Positions 19,247 through 29,224 of a stretch of 64,000 bases of DNA are shown piece after piece. Where the stretch lies: the NCBI GenBank assembly GCA_019454415.1, contig JACFOI010000004.1, positions 11,356 to 75,355 of the forward strand. The letters run 5' to 3'. The notes under the pieces are model-generated. The model did no database searches, was not told the origin of the DNA, and saw only the letters and a list, made by a program, of their open reading frames with translations. Positions within the stretch are counted from its first letter, which is position 1. Each line of letters opens with the position of its first letter. The stretch comes from Patescibacteria group bacterium. Its GTDB lineage: Bacteria; Patescibacteriota; Microgenomatia; UBA1400; PJMF01. The position numbers and the translations under genes were made by a program.

Positions 19247-20950
19247 CTAGAGCAACGCACGTCCAGTCATCGTTTCTGGTTTAGAAATCCCCATTACTGA
19301 CAACATGGTTGGCGCCACATCCGCCAAGATACCGCTGGGGAGCATCGTATTTTGGCCAATGTATTTCTTACTAATGATAATAAACGGCACAGGATAAATG
19401 GAGTGCTCAGTATCCACTTCACCAGTTGCCATGTTAATCATTTCCTCAGCATTGCCATGGTCTGCAGTAATAAAAACTACACCACCCCGATTTCCGACTT
19501 CCTGAACAATCTTACCAATGCATTGATCAAGCGTTTCCACGGCCGTAATAGCTGCCTGGAGGTTGCCCGTGTGGCCGACCATGTCAGCATTGGCAAAGTT
19601 ACAGATGACCACGTCATAGACATCACGGCGGAGCTGTTGAATCATGTGTTCAGTGATTTCACGCGCACTCATCTCTGGCACCTGGTCGTAGGACTTGGCA
19701 CCTTTAGATGGCAAGATAATCCGATCTTCACCCGGATAGATCTCTTCTTTCTGACCGTTCATATAGTAAGTCACAAAGCGTTCCTTCTCCGTCTCCGACA
19801 TCCGCAGCTGTTTAAGTCCGTGGGAAGCAAAGACTTTACAGATCGGATTACGCACAAACTGGGGTGGGAAAGCGACGTCGACCGGCAGCTTATCTTCATA
19901 CATCGTCATAGTCACAAAGTAGAGGTTAGCCAGTACTTTTTGCCGGGTAAACATGGCTGTACCTTCGACCTTTTTGAGGTGAGATCCCTGATACTTGACT
20001 GCATAAGGGTCAAAGCCTTCATACATCGGGCCAGTCTCGAAGTCGCGTTTGACTAAGGCTTTGGTTAACTCACGAGGCCGGTCGATACGGTAGTTGAAGA
20101 AGATCACTGCGTCTTTATCTTGAATGACCGGCACAGTGCCGTCCTCAAAAGTAATATTGGTGGGCTCCATGAACTCATCAGTTGTTCCTTTGGCATACTG
20201 ATCTTGAATAGCTTGAACAGGGTCTGAGGCCTTAATGCCGTCTCCGAGGGTGAGACAGTTGTATGCTTTTTCGATTCTTTCCCAGCGTTTGTCACGATCC
20301 ATAGCATAAAAACGTCCCATGATTGAGGCTACTCTGCCCACATTTACTTTTTGGCAGTACTCCATCAGTGTTCGGATGTACCCTGCTCCCCCGGTTGGCG
20401 GTGAGTCACGACCATCGGTGAAGGCATGGATGTAAACCCGCTCTACTTTTTGCGCTGCACATAGGCTGAGCAGCGCGTACAGATGTTCGACATTTGAGTG
20501 AACACCACCGGCACCGACTAGTCCCATCAAATGGAGCACAGAGTTATTGGTCTTCACATGGGCAAAGGCATTCAAAAAAGCTGGTGTGGTATTGAATGAG
20601 CCGTCGGCAATCGCCATGTTGATGCGCGGCAGATCCTGATAGACGATACTCCCGGCACCAATATTCAAGTGACCAGTTTCGGTGTTGCCGTCTTCTCCAT
20701 GTGGTAGTCCGACTGCTTGGCCGCTGGCCTGGAGCTGAGTGTGAGGAAATGACGCCCAGTACTGATCCATATTCGGTGTCTTGGCTCGCGCAATTGCGTT
20801 GCCGGCATAGTTCGGCCCGATGCCCCACCCATCCAGAATCAATAAGACAGCGGGCCGGGGGCCGTTGTATTTTTTTTGCGGATACGTCTCGGTGAATGGA
20901 GCGCCGGAAGTGATTGGCTTGAGCTCGAGAGTCTTGAAGTCCGATGCCAT
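19247..20950 (-). CDS. gpmI: 2,3-bisphosphoglycerate-independent phosphoglycerate mutase (iPGM)
   Basis: RPAVLLILDGWGIG is the iPGM N-terminus and an ADHGNAE metal-site motif is present. Confidence 0.9.
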   Translation of the reverse strand: MASDFKTLELKPITSGAPFTETYPQKKYNGPRPAVLLILDGWGIGPNYAGNAIARAKTPNMDQYWASFPHTQLQASGQAVGLPHGEDGNTETGHLNIGAGSIVYQDLPRINMAIADGSFNTTPAFLNAFAHVKTNNSVLHLMGLVGAGGVHSNVEHLYALLSLCAAQKVERVYIHAFTDGRDSPPTGGAGYIRTLMEYCQKVNVGRVASIMGRFYAMDRDKRWERIEKAYNCLTLGDGIKASDPVQAIQDQYAKGTTDEFMEPTNITFEDGTVPVIQDKDAVIFFNYRIDRPRELTKALVKRDFETGPMYEGFDPYAVKYQGSHLKKVEGTAMFTRQKVLANLYFVTMTMYEDKLPVDVAFPPQFVRNPICKVFASHGLKQLRMSETEKERFVTYYMNGQKEEIYPGEDRIILPSKGAKSYDQVPEMSAREITEHMIQQLRRDVYDVVICNFANADMVGHTGNLQAAITAVETLDQCIGKIVQEVGNRGGVVFITADHGNAEEMINMATGEVDTEHSIYPVPFIIISKKYIGQNTMLPSGILADVAPTMLSVMGISKPETMTGRALL

Positions 20951-20956
20951 AGCAGT

Positions 20957-22270
20957 TTACCCTTGTGTTGTAGGAGCAGCTGCCTCAGCCGGAGTGGGTC
21001 CAGCTGCTTGTTGTTGGTAGTTTTGGAGCTCGTAGTAGACCTGAAGCAGCCGGTTGTACTTAGCGATCCGTTCGCCTCGGTTGGGTGGACCGAACTTGAC
21101 GTAGTTGGCTCCGACACCGACTGCAAAGTCGGCAATAAAGTCGTCGTTGGTTTCACCACTGCGGTGAGATACAGTCACCTGCCACTGTGCACTTTGGGCA
21201 AGCTTGATCACTTCAATAGTCTCTGACAGCGTACCCACTTGATTTGGTTTGACCAAGATCGCATTACAGGCTTTTTCTTGAATGGCCTTTTGGGTCCGGG
21301 TCTTGTTTCCGACCAATAAGTTATCGCCGATGATAATACTGGTCTCGCCCAGTTCAGTCGTCAGCTCTTTCCAGCTCTGCCAGTCGTCTTCCTGGAAGGG
21401 ATCTTCAATAGCAAAAACGTGGTAGAGCTTGCGCATGTTCTTATAATACTCGACGAGTTCACGTGGAGAGTATGGCTGCGATTTATCCTTCAGGCTGTAC
21501 TTGCCTGCATTGAAGAACTCGCTAGCGGCTACATCCACTCCAAAGAACAAATCCTGAATATATGTGTAGGGTGAGTTCTTAATGGTCTCGATCAGAATCT
21601 CAAAAGCGTCGGTGTTGTTGTACAGGTTGGGAGCGTATCCACCATCCAATCCCACCGAGTGAATGGCACCTTTAGCGATCAAGACTTCTTCTAGCTTTTG
21701 GAATAGCAAGGACGCCATTTCCAATGACTGAATAAAGTCGAGGTGGCTGGCCGGTACAATCTGGAACTCTTGGAAGTCGAGGTTGGTCGCACCATGAGAG
21801 CCACCGTTAATCATGGTGTAGATACACGCTGGAATGTTCAGTGACGGGCTGAGTTGGTACTTTTGCCAAATGTAGTAATAGAGCGGCAAACCGGCCGAAA
21901 GAGCGGCCGCTTTCATCACCGCTTGAGAAACGGCAATCATGGCATTCCCACCCAGCTTGGTACGCTTCTCCGTGCCATCTAGAGCGACCAGAGCTTCATC
22001 GATTGCCTGTTGTTCGCTGGGATCTTTCCCCTTGAGTGCCGGAGCAATCACCGTGTTCACGCTATTAACTGCTTTGGTGACTCCCATGCCCAGCATCCGT
22101 TGTTCCTGATCCCGCAGGTCCAGGGCTTCATATTTGCCCACCGAGGTACCAGACGGCGCACTGGTAACGGCATAGATGCCGTTATCCAGCCAGATACTGC
22201 ACTCAATCGTAGGTTGTCCGCGCCCGTCTAGGATTTCACGGGCAAAGATGTTCTGAATCGTCGGCATCAT
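20957..22270 (-). CDS. eno: Enolase (phosphopyruvate hydratase)
   Basis: The N-terminus IFAREILDGRGQPTIEC matches enolase and the C-terminal SHRSGETND motif is present. Confidence 0.95.
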   Translation of the reverse strand: MMPTIQNIFAREILDGRGQPTIECSIWLDNGIYAVTSAPSGTSVGKYEALDLRDQEQRMLGMGVTKAVNSVNTVIAPALKGKDPSEQQAIDEALVALDGTEKRTKLGGNAMIAVSQAVMKAAALSAGLPLYYYIWQKYQLSPSLNIPACIYTMINGGSHGATNLDFQEFQIVPASHLDFIQSLEMASLLFQKLEEVLIAKGAIHSVGLDGGYAPNLYNNTDAFEILIETIKNSPYTYIQDLFFGVDVAASEFFNAGKYSLKDKSQPYSPRELVEYYKNMRKLYHVFAIEDPFQEDDWQSWKELTTELGETSIIIGDNLLVGNKTRTQKAIQEKACNAILVKPNQVGTLSETIEVIKLAQSAQWQVTVSHRSGETNDDFIADFAVGVGANYVKFGPPNRGERIAKYNRLLQVYYELQNYQQQAAGPTPAEAAAPTTQG

Positions 22271-24207
22271 TACCCCAAAATATGTTGGTGTTCTGCTTCT
22301 ATAACTTCTTGTCGAGCTCTGTGGATGTCCTTGGCTCTGACCGTCACACCATCATAGCCAAGTTGGGCAGCGAACTCAACCAATTTTTGATCGTACTGCT
22401 CGAGCTGAAGAATCAGCTGAATGTTATGGTTTTGTGTGGCTTTACGGGCTTTTTTGAGTAACTCAAAGAGAGTCTGGTGATGAGCCGGATAGAGTTGGAA
22501 GACATCCGTATTATCAGGGTCCACACCATACAGCAGTGCATGAATACTTTGGACGTTGAGGGAGATACCCTGTAGGCCAGGCATGCAGTACTGGTCAATA
22601 TTGATCAAATTTTCAGGAGTGTTTGCCTGCATCCAGAGCTGAAGGAAGCGCTGGGTCGCAAACTCGGGCTTAGCAAAGTGATGGAGAATAATGGCCAGCT
22701 CGCTGTGGTTCCGAATGAACGGAATCATCAAGCCAAGGTTCTGGACTCCATCCAGATGCGCATCTTGGAGGGCATCTAACTCCACATCAAACAAGGTGTA
22801 GTCGTGAATGACACGAATAGCTCCCCGGTAGCCGAGATACGGATTCGGCTCGTCAGGTTCATACTCGTCGCCATGCTTGAAGCCAGCGAGCTCATTGGTC
22901 GTAAAGTTCTGAGAACGGAACAGAATCGGAAAGTCATCTGAGTGTGATTGGCTGACTTGGAGGAGCAGCTCCGTCAGCTGGTTTCGTACCAGGTCAGCTT
23001 TGCCTGTTTTGAGTAAGTGAAAAGGATGGGCGGGCAACTGCAGGTACGCCCACTCAGAACGCAGCAGACCAATTCCGTCCGCGCCCGCCAAAGAAGTTTT
23101 GGCTTGGTCACCTTTCCCGATCGAAACGTAAATCTTGGTAGCAGTCGGACCACTGTAGTTCCGCGGTACATGCGTAGTTGGAATCAAAGCCTTGAGCTGT
23201 TCGGCAGCCGGTAAGTAGTAGAGATTACTGTTTTCCGTGAACTGGTGTGAAAACGGACGAGTGTCCAAGATATATGCTGCATCAATACCGGCAGCCCAGT
23301 CTACGATGTACGAGCCGAGCCGGCCTTTGTGAGCTGCTGCTACCATCTTGGCCAGGGCAATCGCACCCTGAGGAGTCAACGAGGGATGCGTTTGCAGGCG
23401 ACGCTGAACAGGCTGCTGGTGAAGATGATCAAGTCGCCGGACCCACTCATGATGTTTGACACCGACGTGACGCTGGCGGATCTCCCAGGTCTTGGGGTCG
23501 ATCTCAAACCAGTCACCTTGCTGCAGCAAACTGCGCAACTCGGGGCTGGTCCCCCACTGCGAAAAGATAGTGATGCTGGCTGGGCGCCGGCTTCCAGCCG
23601 GCGCGTAGATTCCCACTCCGGAACTTTCGGCATTGACCATCATCTGAATGACAAGAGCGACCGGAACTTTATGACCCTTCTTCCACTCTGCTACTCGGTC
23701 AGGTAAGTGCTCGGGCAAGTAGAGCTTAGCCCAGACTTCAAACAACGACTCCAGGATATTCGCTTCGCCTTGGACGTGCAGCGCACTGAGGTGTTCAGGA
23801 TACTCTTGGGTCGTCACGATGCTCGGCCTGATGGCCACAAACTGGTGATCGAGCCAAGTGTCATAAAGCTTTTGGAACGCTTTCTCGATTGATACAGGCA
23901 GCACCATACTCTTGATGTGTTGGGCGATGTCTTCAGAAAAACGGAGGCGTTGCTGGCGATCTTTAAGGTTGAGGGCGCTGAGTTCGAGCTCTAACACTCG
24001 GGAGAGATGATTCGCTTGAGCGATCTCCTCCAATGTTGAAACAGGCATCACCCAAGCGGTTGGTGTGGGTAGGCCACGTTGGTGGAAAGTGCGGAGTGAA
24101 GCAGCCAAAGCACCCACTTCGCGCTCAGGTGCGCTTAGCGTTTCAGACACGACCAAGAATGGCTGCACTGGTTGAGCGGCGGAAGGCGAATGGACAGACT
24201 TTACCAC
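22270..24207 (-). CDS. PEP-synthase / pyruvate,phosphate dikinase-like protein: a PPDK_N ATP-grasp-type N-domain plus a PEP-utilisers C-terminal TIM-barrel domain. No recognisable phosphohistidine swivel domain.
   Basis: The N-half has the VAIRPSI and MVNAESSGVGI-type motifs of the PEP-synthase nucleotide-binding domain. The C-half has GADGIGLLRSEWAYL (GIGL.RTE signature), EPNPYLGYRGAIR and LGLMIPFIRNHSEL. I could not find the GG.TSHAAI..RE-type His-domain motif. Confidence 0.55.
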   Translation of the reverse strand: MVKSVHSPSAAQPVQPFLVVSETLSAPEREVGALAASLRTFHQRGLPTPTAWVMPVSTLEEIAQANHLSRVLELELSALNLKDRQQRLRFSEDIAQHIKSMVLPVSIEKAFQKLYDTWLDHQFVAIRPSIVTTQEYPEHLSALHVQGEANILESLFEVWAKLYLPEHLPDRVAEWKKGHKVPVALVIQMMVNAESSGVGIYAPAGSRRPASITIFSQWGTSPELRSLLQQGDWFEIDPKTWEIRQRHVGVKHHEWVRRLDHLHQQPVQRRLQTHPSLTPQGAIALAKMVAAAHKGRLGSYIVDWAAGIDAAYILDTRPFSHQFTENSNLYYLPAAEQLKALIPTTHVPRNYSGPTATKIYVSIGKGDQAKTSLAGADGIGLLRSEWAYLQLPAHPFHLLKTGKADLVRNQLTELLLQVSQSHSDDFPILFRSQNFTTNELAGFKHGDEYEPDEPNPYLGYRGAIRVIHDYTLFDVELDALQDAHLDGVQNLGLMIPFIRNHSELAIILHHFAKPEFATQRFLQLWMQANTPENLINIDQYCMPGLQGISLNVQSIHALLYGVDPDNTDVFQLYPAHHQTLFELLKKARKATQNHNIQLILQLEQYDQKLVEFAAQLGYDGVTVRAKDIHRARQEVIEAEHQHILG

Positions 24208-24289
24208 GTACTTATCCTAGCGAACTTTCAGAAGTAGAACAAGAGAAACTCCGGCAGTAGAACGGCTGTGAATGCATCACAGTAGAGCG

Positions 24290-25462
24290 TCACAGATGAG
24301 TGATCAGAACATTGCCCTTTTGGGCAGTGGGCTGGAGCTGATACTCAGCAACAGCTGCCGGAATAAAGAAGGACCAGCCTGCCGGGACAAACCAAGTCTG
24401 CTCGCCAATCACTACCTGGATACTCTCCTCTAGCGGATAGAGATGATGGAAGCTGCCGTTCGTGCGGGTGTAATGGCCCTGATAACCTTGGCTGAACTCG
24501 ATCCGCTCAGTAACGTAGAACTGATTGCTGAATAAAGTGGTGACAGTAGCACCGCTATCCTGAGTAACGGCAGGCTGCTGCAAGTAGTGATCCGGTGCGT
24601 TAAACTGTGGATCAATGTCCAGTGCCTTGAAGTAATCCTCTATCGCCAACGGACGAACTGATCCATCATTTTTGATATTTCCTTGATCAAAAGAGCGGAT
24701 TGTACAGTAGTCATCCATGACATCCACTTGGACTTCGTAGACGATGTTACCCTCCGACAGCTCCGGATCGACTTCCCAGGAGTGATGTGTCCCGCCTTGG
24801 CTAAGATCAATAACCGCTCCTTTCTCAATCGAGACAGTGTTCACGAAACGCCGTGGATGATCCTCGTCGATAAAAGTTCGCAGTTCAAGTCTGGCCGCAT
24901 CTACGCTCAAAGAACCGGACTGTACTTGTTCACTCAGCTCATGTGCTTTCTGATCGATCGCCAGACAACGCGCTTTATACTCGCTGACTGCGGTTACATC
25001 TGAGAGCCCCAGTGTGGCTTTGCCCTTTTCCAGGAAGTACCATGACTCTGGTTTGGGAAGCCACTTACCGAACTCTTGACCAGGTTTGACGTGCACTTGG
25101 TAGGAGTTGTTTTGTGCTTGAGTGAACTTGATCAAGACTTGCATGGTTTTCCAGCCTCGCTCCACTCCCTTTTGGCCTAATACCGCTAACGCATCCTGAT
25201 CAATTAACTCCTGAAGGGACAATTTTTCCTGTTGGGGATCAGCAAACTGTGGAGAGCTGACTTCTGTAGCAGTCGCGTACGCAAAGCTGACTGGTGAGGC
25301 AGTGGTCAGCCAGGAGCCGCTAAACAGCTCAAACGACTGTCCAACCCGCTTCCCTTGTACCAGCGGATGTGCCAGCTCTTTACTCGTGGCAATATAACTT
25401 CCACCCCAAGTCGGTTGTTCGACTAGCAAAGGAATAACATACGCTGGTTGAGTCGTGGTCAT
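24290..25462 (-). CDS. Putative class I mannose-6-phosphate isomerase-like cupin protein
   Basis: 390 aa. The N-terminus EQPTWGGSYIA...FELFSGSWLTT resembles the ManA QNYAWGS...AELWMGAHP region. A QVHVKPG (QVHP-like) motif and a C-terminal cupin region are present. The call is weak. Confidence 0.35.
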   Translation of the reverse strand: MTTTQPAYVIPLLVEQPTWGGSYIATSKELAHPLVQGKRVGQSFELFSGSWLTTASPVSFAYATATEVSSPQFADPQQEKLSLQELIDQDALAVLGQKGVERGWKTMQVLIKFTQAQNNSYQVHVKPGQEFGKWLPKPESWYFLEKGKATLGLSDVTAVSEYKARCLAIDQKAHELSEQVQSGSLSVDAARLELRTFIDEDHPRRFVNTVSIEKGAVIDLSQGGTHHSWEVDPELSEGNIVYEVQVDVMDDYCTIRSFDQGNIKNDGSVRPLAIEDYFKALDIDPQFNAPDHYLQQPAVTQDSGATVTTLFSNQFYVTERIEFSQGYQGHYTRTNGSFHHLYPLEESIQVVIGEQTWFVPAGWSFFIPAAVAEYQLQPTAQKGNVLITHL

Positions 25463-25485
25463 ACGGCTCCCTTCTTGACCAGAGC

Positions 25486-26565
25486 TTACTTCTTCAGCTC
25501 TGACTTAAACCAATCTACCCAAGGAATAGGCGTAGGATTCTGGTTATTGAGCAGTGCCAGGTAGTAGCTGGTGTAGCTGCCTAGCATTAACAGCTCAAAT
25601 GCCTGTTCAAGCTTGGTTGAGCGGGTCAGGCTGAACTCTTTGAACTCAATCTTGTGCTTTTCGAGCACTTGTTGGGTCAACAGGATCCGCTTTTGGTTGT
25701 GGGCGTCATAGAGTCCCGACTGGACCGAGACGTAGAGCAAGTCACTGCTGTTTGACTCTGGGAACTTTAAGCCTTCCATTAAATGATGGTTCAGCTCGGG
25801 AATGACTCGATACTCGGAGTAGGTTTTGGCATTTTCATTGAGCTGATTGGCAAAGACATGTGCGACACCTTCAAGATGCTCGGCAGCCATCACTACTGGC
25901 AGATGACCAACAGCTTCAAAGGCCAACAGCTTAGCAATGTTTTTGTCTTGTGAGACGTCCACGCTCATCTTGGTGTGAGCCTCGGCAATCGTCTCCATTA
26001 CTGCGTTGTACTCTGCCTCTGTAACTTTGAGTAATCCGGCCTGGCCGAAGAGAGCAATCTGACCAAAAATCGAGTACCCCAGTCCCATTCGGGGAGATTG
26101 GCACGGATTGTAGGTAGTTTCAAAAACCACCGCCGGATAGTTATTGGCCCGCATGAACTCGGCCAGCTTCCCGCCTGAAGTGATGCCAGCAATCTTAGCG
26201 CCTTTCTTCTTGGCATCCGCGACCGCGGCCAGCGTTTCTTCTGTGGTGCCCGAATAACTAGAACCGATCACCAACGTGTCACCGTTTACAAAACTGGGTA
26301 GCTCATAGTCCGGCACAATCAGAACTGGAATACCGAGCTCTTCCTTAAAGACAGTCTGAATAACGTGAGTGCCAAGGGCAGAACCACCCATGCCCGCCAC
26401 GACCACATTTTTGACGTGCTTGTAACTCTCCTCAAAGTGAACACTTTGAGCGTCTTTCCAAATCTGCTGAACTTGACTGCCCAGCTGCTCAATAGAGCCG
26501 AGCATGTTCATCGTGTCCAGTTGGCTAATTTCCTGACGAGAATCGAGAATAGAAACAGTTCTCAT
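25486..26565 (-). CDS. Bifunctional phosphoglucose/phosphomannose isomerase (SIS-domain, archaeal-type PGI/PMI)
   Basis: It has a SIS domain and, at ~330-360 aa, the size of archaeal-type PGI/PMI. It sits in an operon with a nucleotidyltransferase and a HAD phosphatase. Confidence 0.6.
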   Translation of the reverse strand: MRTVSILDSRQEISQLDTMNMLGSIEQLGSQVQQIWKDAQSVHFEESYKHVKNVVVAGMGGSALGTHVIQTVFKEELGIPVLIVPDYELPSFVNGDTLVIGSSYSGTTEETLAAVADAKKKGAKIAGITSGGKLAEFMRANNYPAVVFETTYNPCQSPRMGLGYSIFGQIALFGQAGLLKVTEAEYNAVMETIAEAHTKMSVDVSQDKNIAKLLAFEAVGHLPVVMAAEHLEGVAHVFANQLNENAKTYSEYRVIPELNHHLMEGLKFPESNSSDLLYVSVQSGLYDAHNQKRILLTQQVLEKHKIEFKEFSLTRSTKLEQAFELLMLGSYTSYYLALLNNQNPTPIPWVDWFKSELKK

Positions 26566-27410
26566 ACGCTCGCTCCTTTCACTAAACCGTCCAAGTATAC
26601 TGCAAGCCCGTCGTTATCTGTCTCACCGATCGTCTTGTGGGCCACTGAGCGAATTTGGTCGGTACTATTTCCCATTGCCACGGCATATCCTACCGCTTTT
26701 AAGAACTCAATGTCGTTATCGCTATCACCAACTCCGATGACTTGATGGGGCTCGACCTCTTGCAGCCTACACCACTCTCTAACGCCGATTTCTTTGGTTA
26801 CCCCTTTCGGGGTGATATCAAGTGACACAAAGTTGCCAGTGCTGACTGAGGTTTTGAGCGTAATATCCTGACGTTGCTGAAGCTTTTCCAGAAACGCTTG
26901 GGAAACATTGACGCAAACAATGGCCGGGATCTGCCAATCTTTCAGCTCGTTAATGAGTCTCAACGGCGGAATCAGACTGTGCAAGTTTTGATAGGTCTCG
27001 ATGAACGTTTGGTTGCCGTACCCTTGTTGGGTGTTTGCCAGATAGTACATTTCACCAGTTTCGTCTGCCAGCGCCACGATCTCACGGACGATCTGCTCAG
27101 CTAAAAGCTGTTGCCACTTCACTTCACCTTCTTTGGTGATGATCTGGCTGCCTCCGGCGACAATATGCAGACTCTGATCAGGAAAATACGGCAAGATGGG
27201 CTTGACTAGACTGACGTATGTTCGACCGGTACAGACACCTAGCTTGATGCCTTTGGTGGCGAGCCCCGAGAGAGCAGCTTGGGTGTTCGGACTCACTTCA
27301 CGTTGGGAAGTCGTGAGAGTCATGTCCACGTCAAATAAGATTGCTGAAAAATCCGAAAGCGTTGCCATATTACTTGCTTGGTTGTAACTCAGCAGTGACG
27401 TTGTCTGCAA
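26562..27410 (-). CDS. HAD-IIB (Cof-type) sugar phosphatase
   Basis: LFDVDMTLT (motif I), a KGIKLGVCTGR region and GDSDNDIEFL (motif IV) are present. Confidence 0.7.
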   Translation of the reverse strand: MQTTSLLSYNQASNMATLSDFSAILFDVDMTLTTSQREVSPNTQAALSGLATKGIKLGVCTGRTYVSLVKPILPYFPDQSLHIVAGGSQIITKEGEVKWQQLLAEQIVREIVALADETGEMYYLANTQQGYGNQTFIETYQNLHSLIPPLRLINELKDWQIPAIVCVNVSQAFLEKLQQRQDITLKTSVSTGNFVSLDITPKGVTKEIGVREWCRLQEVEPHQVIGVGDSDNDIEFLKAVGYAVAMGNSTDQIRSVAHKTIGETDNDGLAVYLDGLVKGASV

Positions 27411-28626
27411 CTGATTGATGCGGATAGACTACTGCGTCCTGACCGATACACTTGCCAGGCATGACGCTGACATGAATACCAATTTTTGCATTTTCACCCA
27501 CTAACATGCCAAGTTGTGTTCGACCGGAGTCGATCATCTTCCCTTTCACTTTCACACCGATGCTCTTCCGATCGATCCGCTTGTTTGCATTAACAAAGCC
27601 AGCGCCAATGCGAACATTCGGTCCGATAATGGAATCACCGACATAGCCGGAGTGAAGATGGGTCCCGGTGCCAATAATAGATCTGGCGATCTCCAGAAAG
27701 CCGCCCACCTCCACATTTTTTTCTAGGCTTGATTGTCTGACCAAGACAAAGTCGCCAACGATAACATTGTCACCGATGTAGCAGGGACCAACGATCCGAC
27801 TGGCATGGCCGATTTTGGCATTTTCACCGATGTACACAGGACCTGCCGACTCATCGATGACAGCGGTAGGAGCGACTTGGGCTGAGGCAGCCCGGTAGGG
27901 CTGCTGTTGCTTGAAAAGCAGCTCCAGGAAAGTGAACAGCTGCCAGGGATACTTTAGAGATGGTGACTCCGTGGTCAGCTTGAGCACCGGAGCTGGCTGC
28001 CGCTGCAACTGAAGGCTCAGGGCAGTTTCAAAGTTGTACTCTGCTGCCGGAGTAGATTTAAGCTGTTCCAGAAAGGATTGAGCGAAAAGATAAATCGTCA
28101 GAATTTTTTGGTCGGACGGCTCAGTTCCGACTGCCGGTTTCTCGACGATATTGACGACCTGACCGGCATCATTGAACGCCAACATGCCGTACTCGGTGGG
28201 TGTAGAAGTTCGGGCAGATGCTAACACTGTCCCCTCACCGAGCGTCATCATCTGATCGAGCATCTCTCCGGCGTTGATTTGGTAGGCAGAGATGACGGCA
28301 AAACGAGCCTGTTCTTCCGCAGACATCGTTCGCGTCCCCAACAAAGTAGCGTCCCCCATGCCGCGGGGCTCGGGCTGAGTGACATAGCTGACCTGCAGTG
28401 GCAGCTGGGTGTGTTGCACGATCTGTTCAGTGATATGAAGCTCTGCATCTCTGGGAGTAAGCACGGCAACGACTTTGTCAAAACCGTGTGCATGCAGATT
28501 CTCTAACGTTCGGGCCAGCAGAGACTTCCCTAACAAGGGGAAAGCGCCTTTGTGCCCGAGTGTCTGAAAGGGAAAGAAGCGACTGTTTGCGCCGCCAGCA
28601 ATGATAATGACGGTTGGTTTTGCCAT
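27370..28626 (-). CDS. Sugar-1-phosphate nucleotidyltransferase with a C-terminal left-handed beta-helix (GlmU/mannose-1-P guanylyltransferase-like)
   Basis: The N-terminus IIAGGANSRFFP is the nucleotidyltransferase G-loop. The C-terminus carries hexapeptide repeats (IGENAKIGHASRIVGPCYIGDNVIVGD...). Confidence 0.7.
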   Translation of the reverse strand: MAKPTVIIIAGGANSRFFPFQTLGHKGAFPLLGKSLLARTLENLHAHGFDKVVAVLTPRDAELHITEQIVQHTQLPLQVSYVTQPEPRGMGDATLLGTRTMSAEEQARFAVISAYQINAGEMLDQMMTLGEGTVLASARTSTPTEYGMLAFNDAGQVVNIVEKPAVGTEPSDQKILTIYLFAQSFLEQLKSTPAAEYNFETALSLQLQRQPAPVLKLTTESPSLKYPWQLFTFLELLFKQQQPYRAASAQVAPTAVIDESAGPVYIGENAKIGHASRIVGPCYIGDNVIVGDFVLVRQSSLEKNVEVGGFLEIARSIIGTGTHLHSGYVGDSIIGPNVRIGAGFVNANKRIDRKSIGVKVKGKMIDSGRTQLGMLVGENAKIGIHVSVMPGKCIGQDAVVYPHQSVADNVTAELQPSK

Positions 28627-28658
28627 GAGAAGATTCTAGCATCTGAGCGGTAGTTAAG

Positions 28659-29219
28659 TTGTGTTATCCTTCGCCTATGTCACAAACTGCCACCCACCCT
28701 GCTGTACCTCAAGAAGAGAAGCCGCAGACTCTCACAGAAAGGCTCAATCTTCTCAACTACGGTATCTTTCTCCAGGCGCTAGTCGCAACGATGGGCTCGC
28801 TCTACTTCAGTACCTTTGGTGACCCGCTACGGAACCTCCAGGATGGTCGACTATTCCCCAGCTTAGGTGGTTTCGAGCCGTGTGAGTTGTGCTGGTTTGG
28901 GCGAATCCTGATGTACCCACTGGTGTTTGTTAGTGGTGTAGCTCTTTTGAAAGAGGACAAGGGCTTTACTGACTATGTCCTGCCACTGTCTGTTCCAGGT
29001 ATGGTTCTAGCTTTTTACCACTATGGCCTGCAAAAGCTAGACTTTCCCAATCCATTCCGGTGTACCGCCGCTAATCCTTGTTCGGCACTGCAAGTTAACT
29101 ACTTTGGATTCATTACCATTCCCTTTTTGGAGCTGGTTGCCTTTTGTGTGATCACTGCCTTGGCGGTCTGGCAGATAAAGACCAGGAGAAAACTGGCAAA
29201 AGTCTCCGACAAAGAGTAG
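28659..29219 (+). CDS. Disulfide bond formation protein B (BdbC/DsbB family)
   Basis: It is a multi-TM protein. The motif FEPCELCWFGRILMYPL corresponds to the BdbC PC.LCWYQRI.MYP catalytic CxxC region. Confidence 0.55.
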   Translation: MCYPSPMSQTATHPAVPQEEKPQTLTERLNLLNYGIFLQALVATMGSLYFSTFGDPLRNLQDGRLFPSLGGFEPCELCWFGRILMYPLVFVSGVALLKEDKGFTDYVLPLSVPGMVLAFYHYGLQKLDFPNPFRCTAANPCSALQVNYFGFITIPFLELVAFCVITALAVWQIKTRRKLAKVSDKE

Positions 29220-29224
29220 CTACT

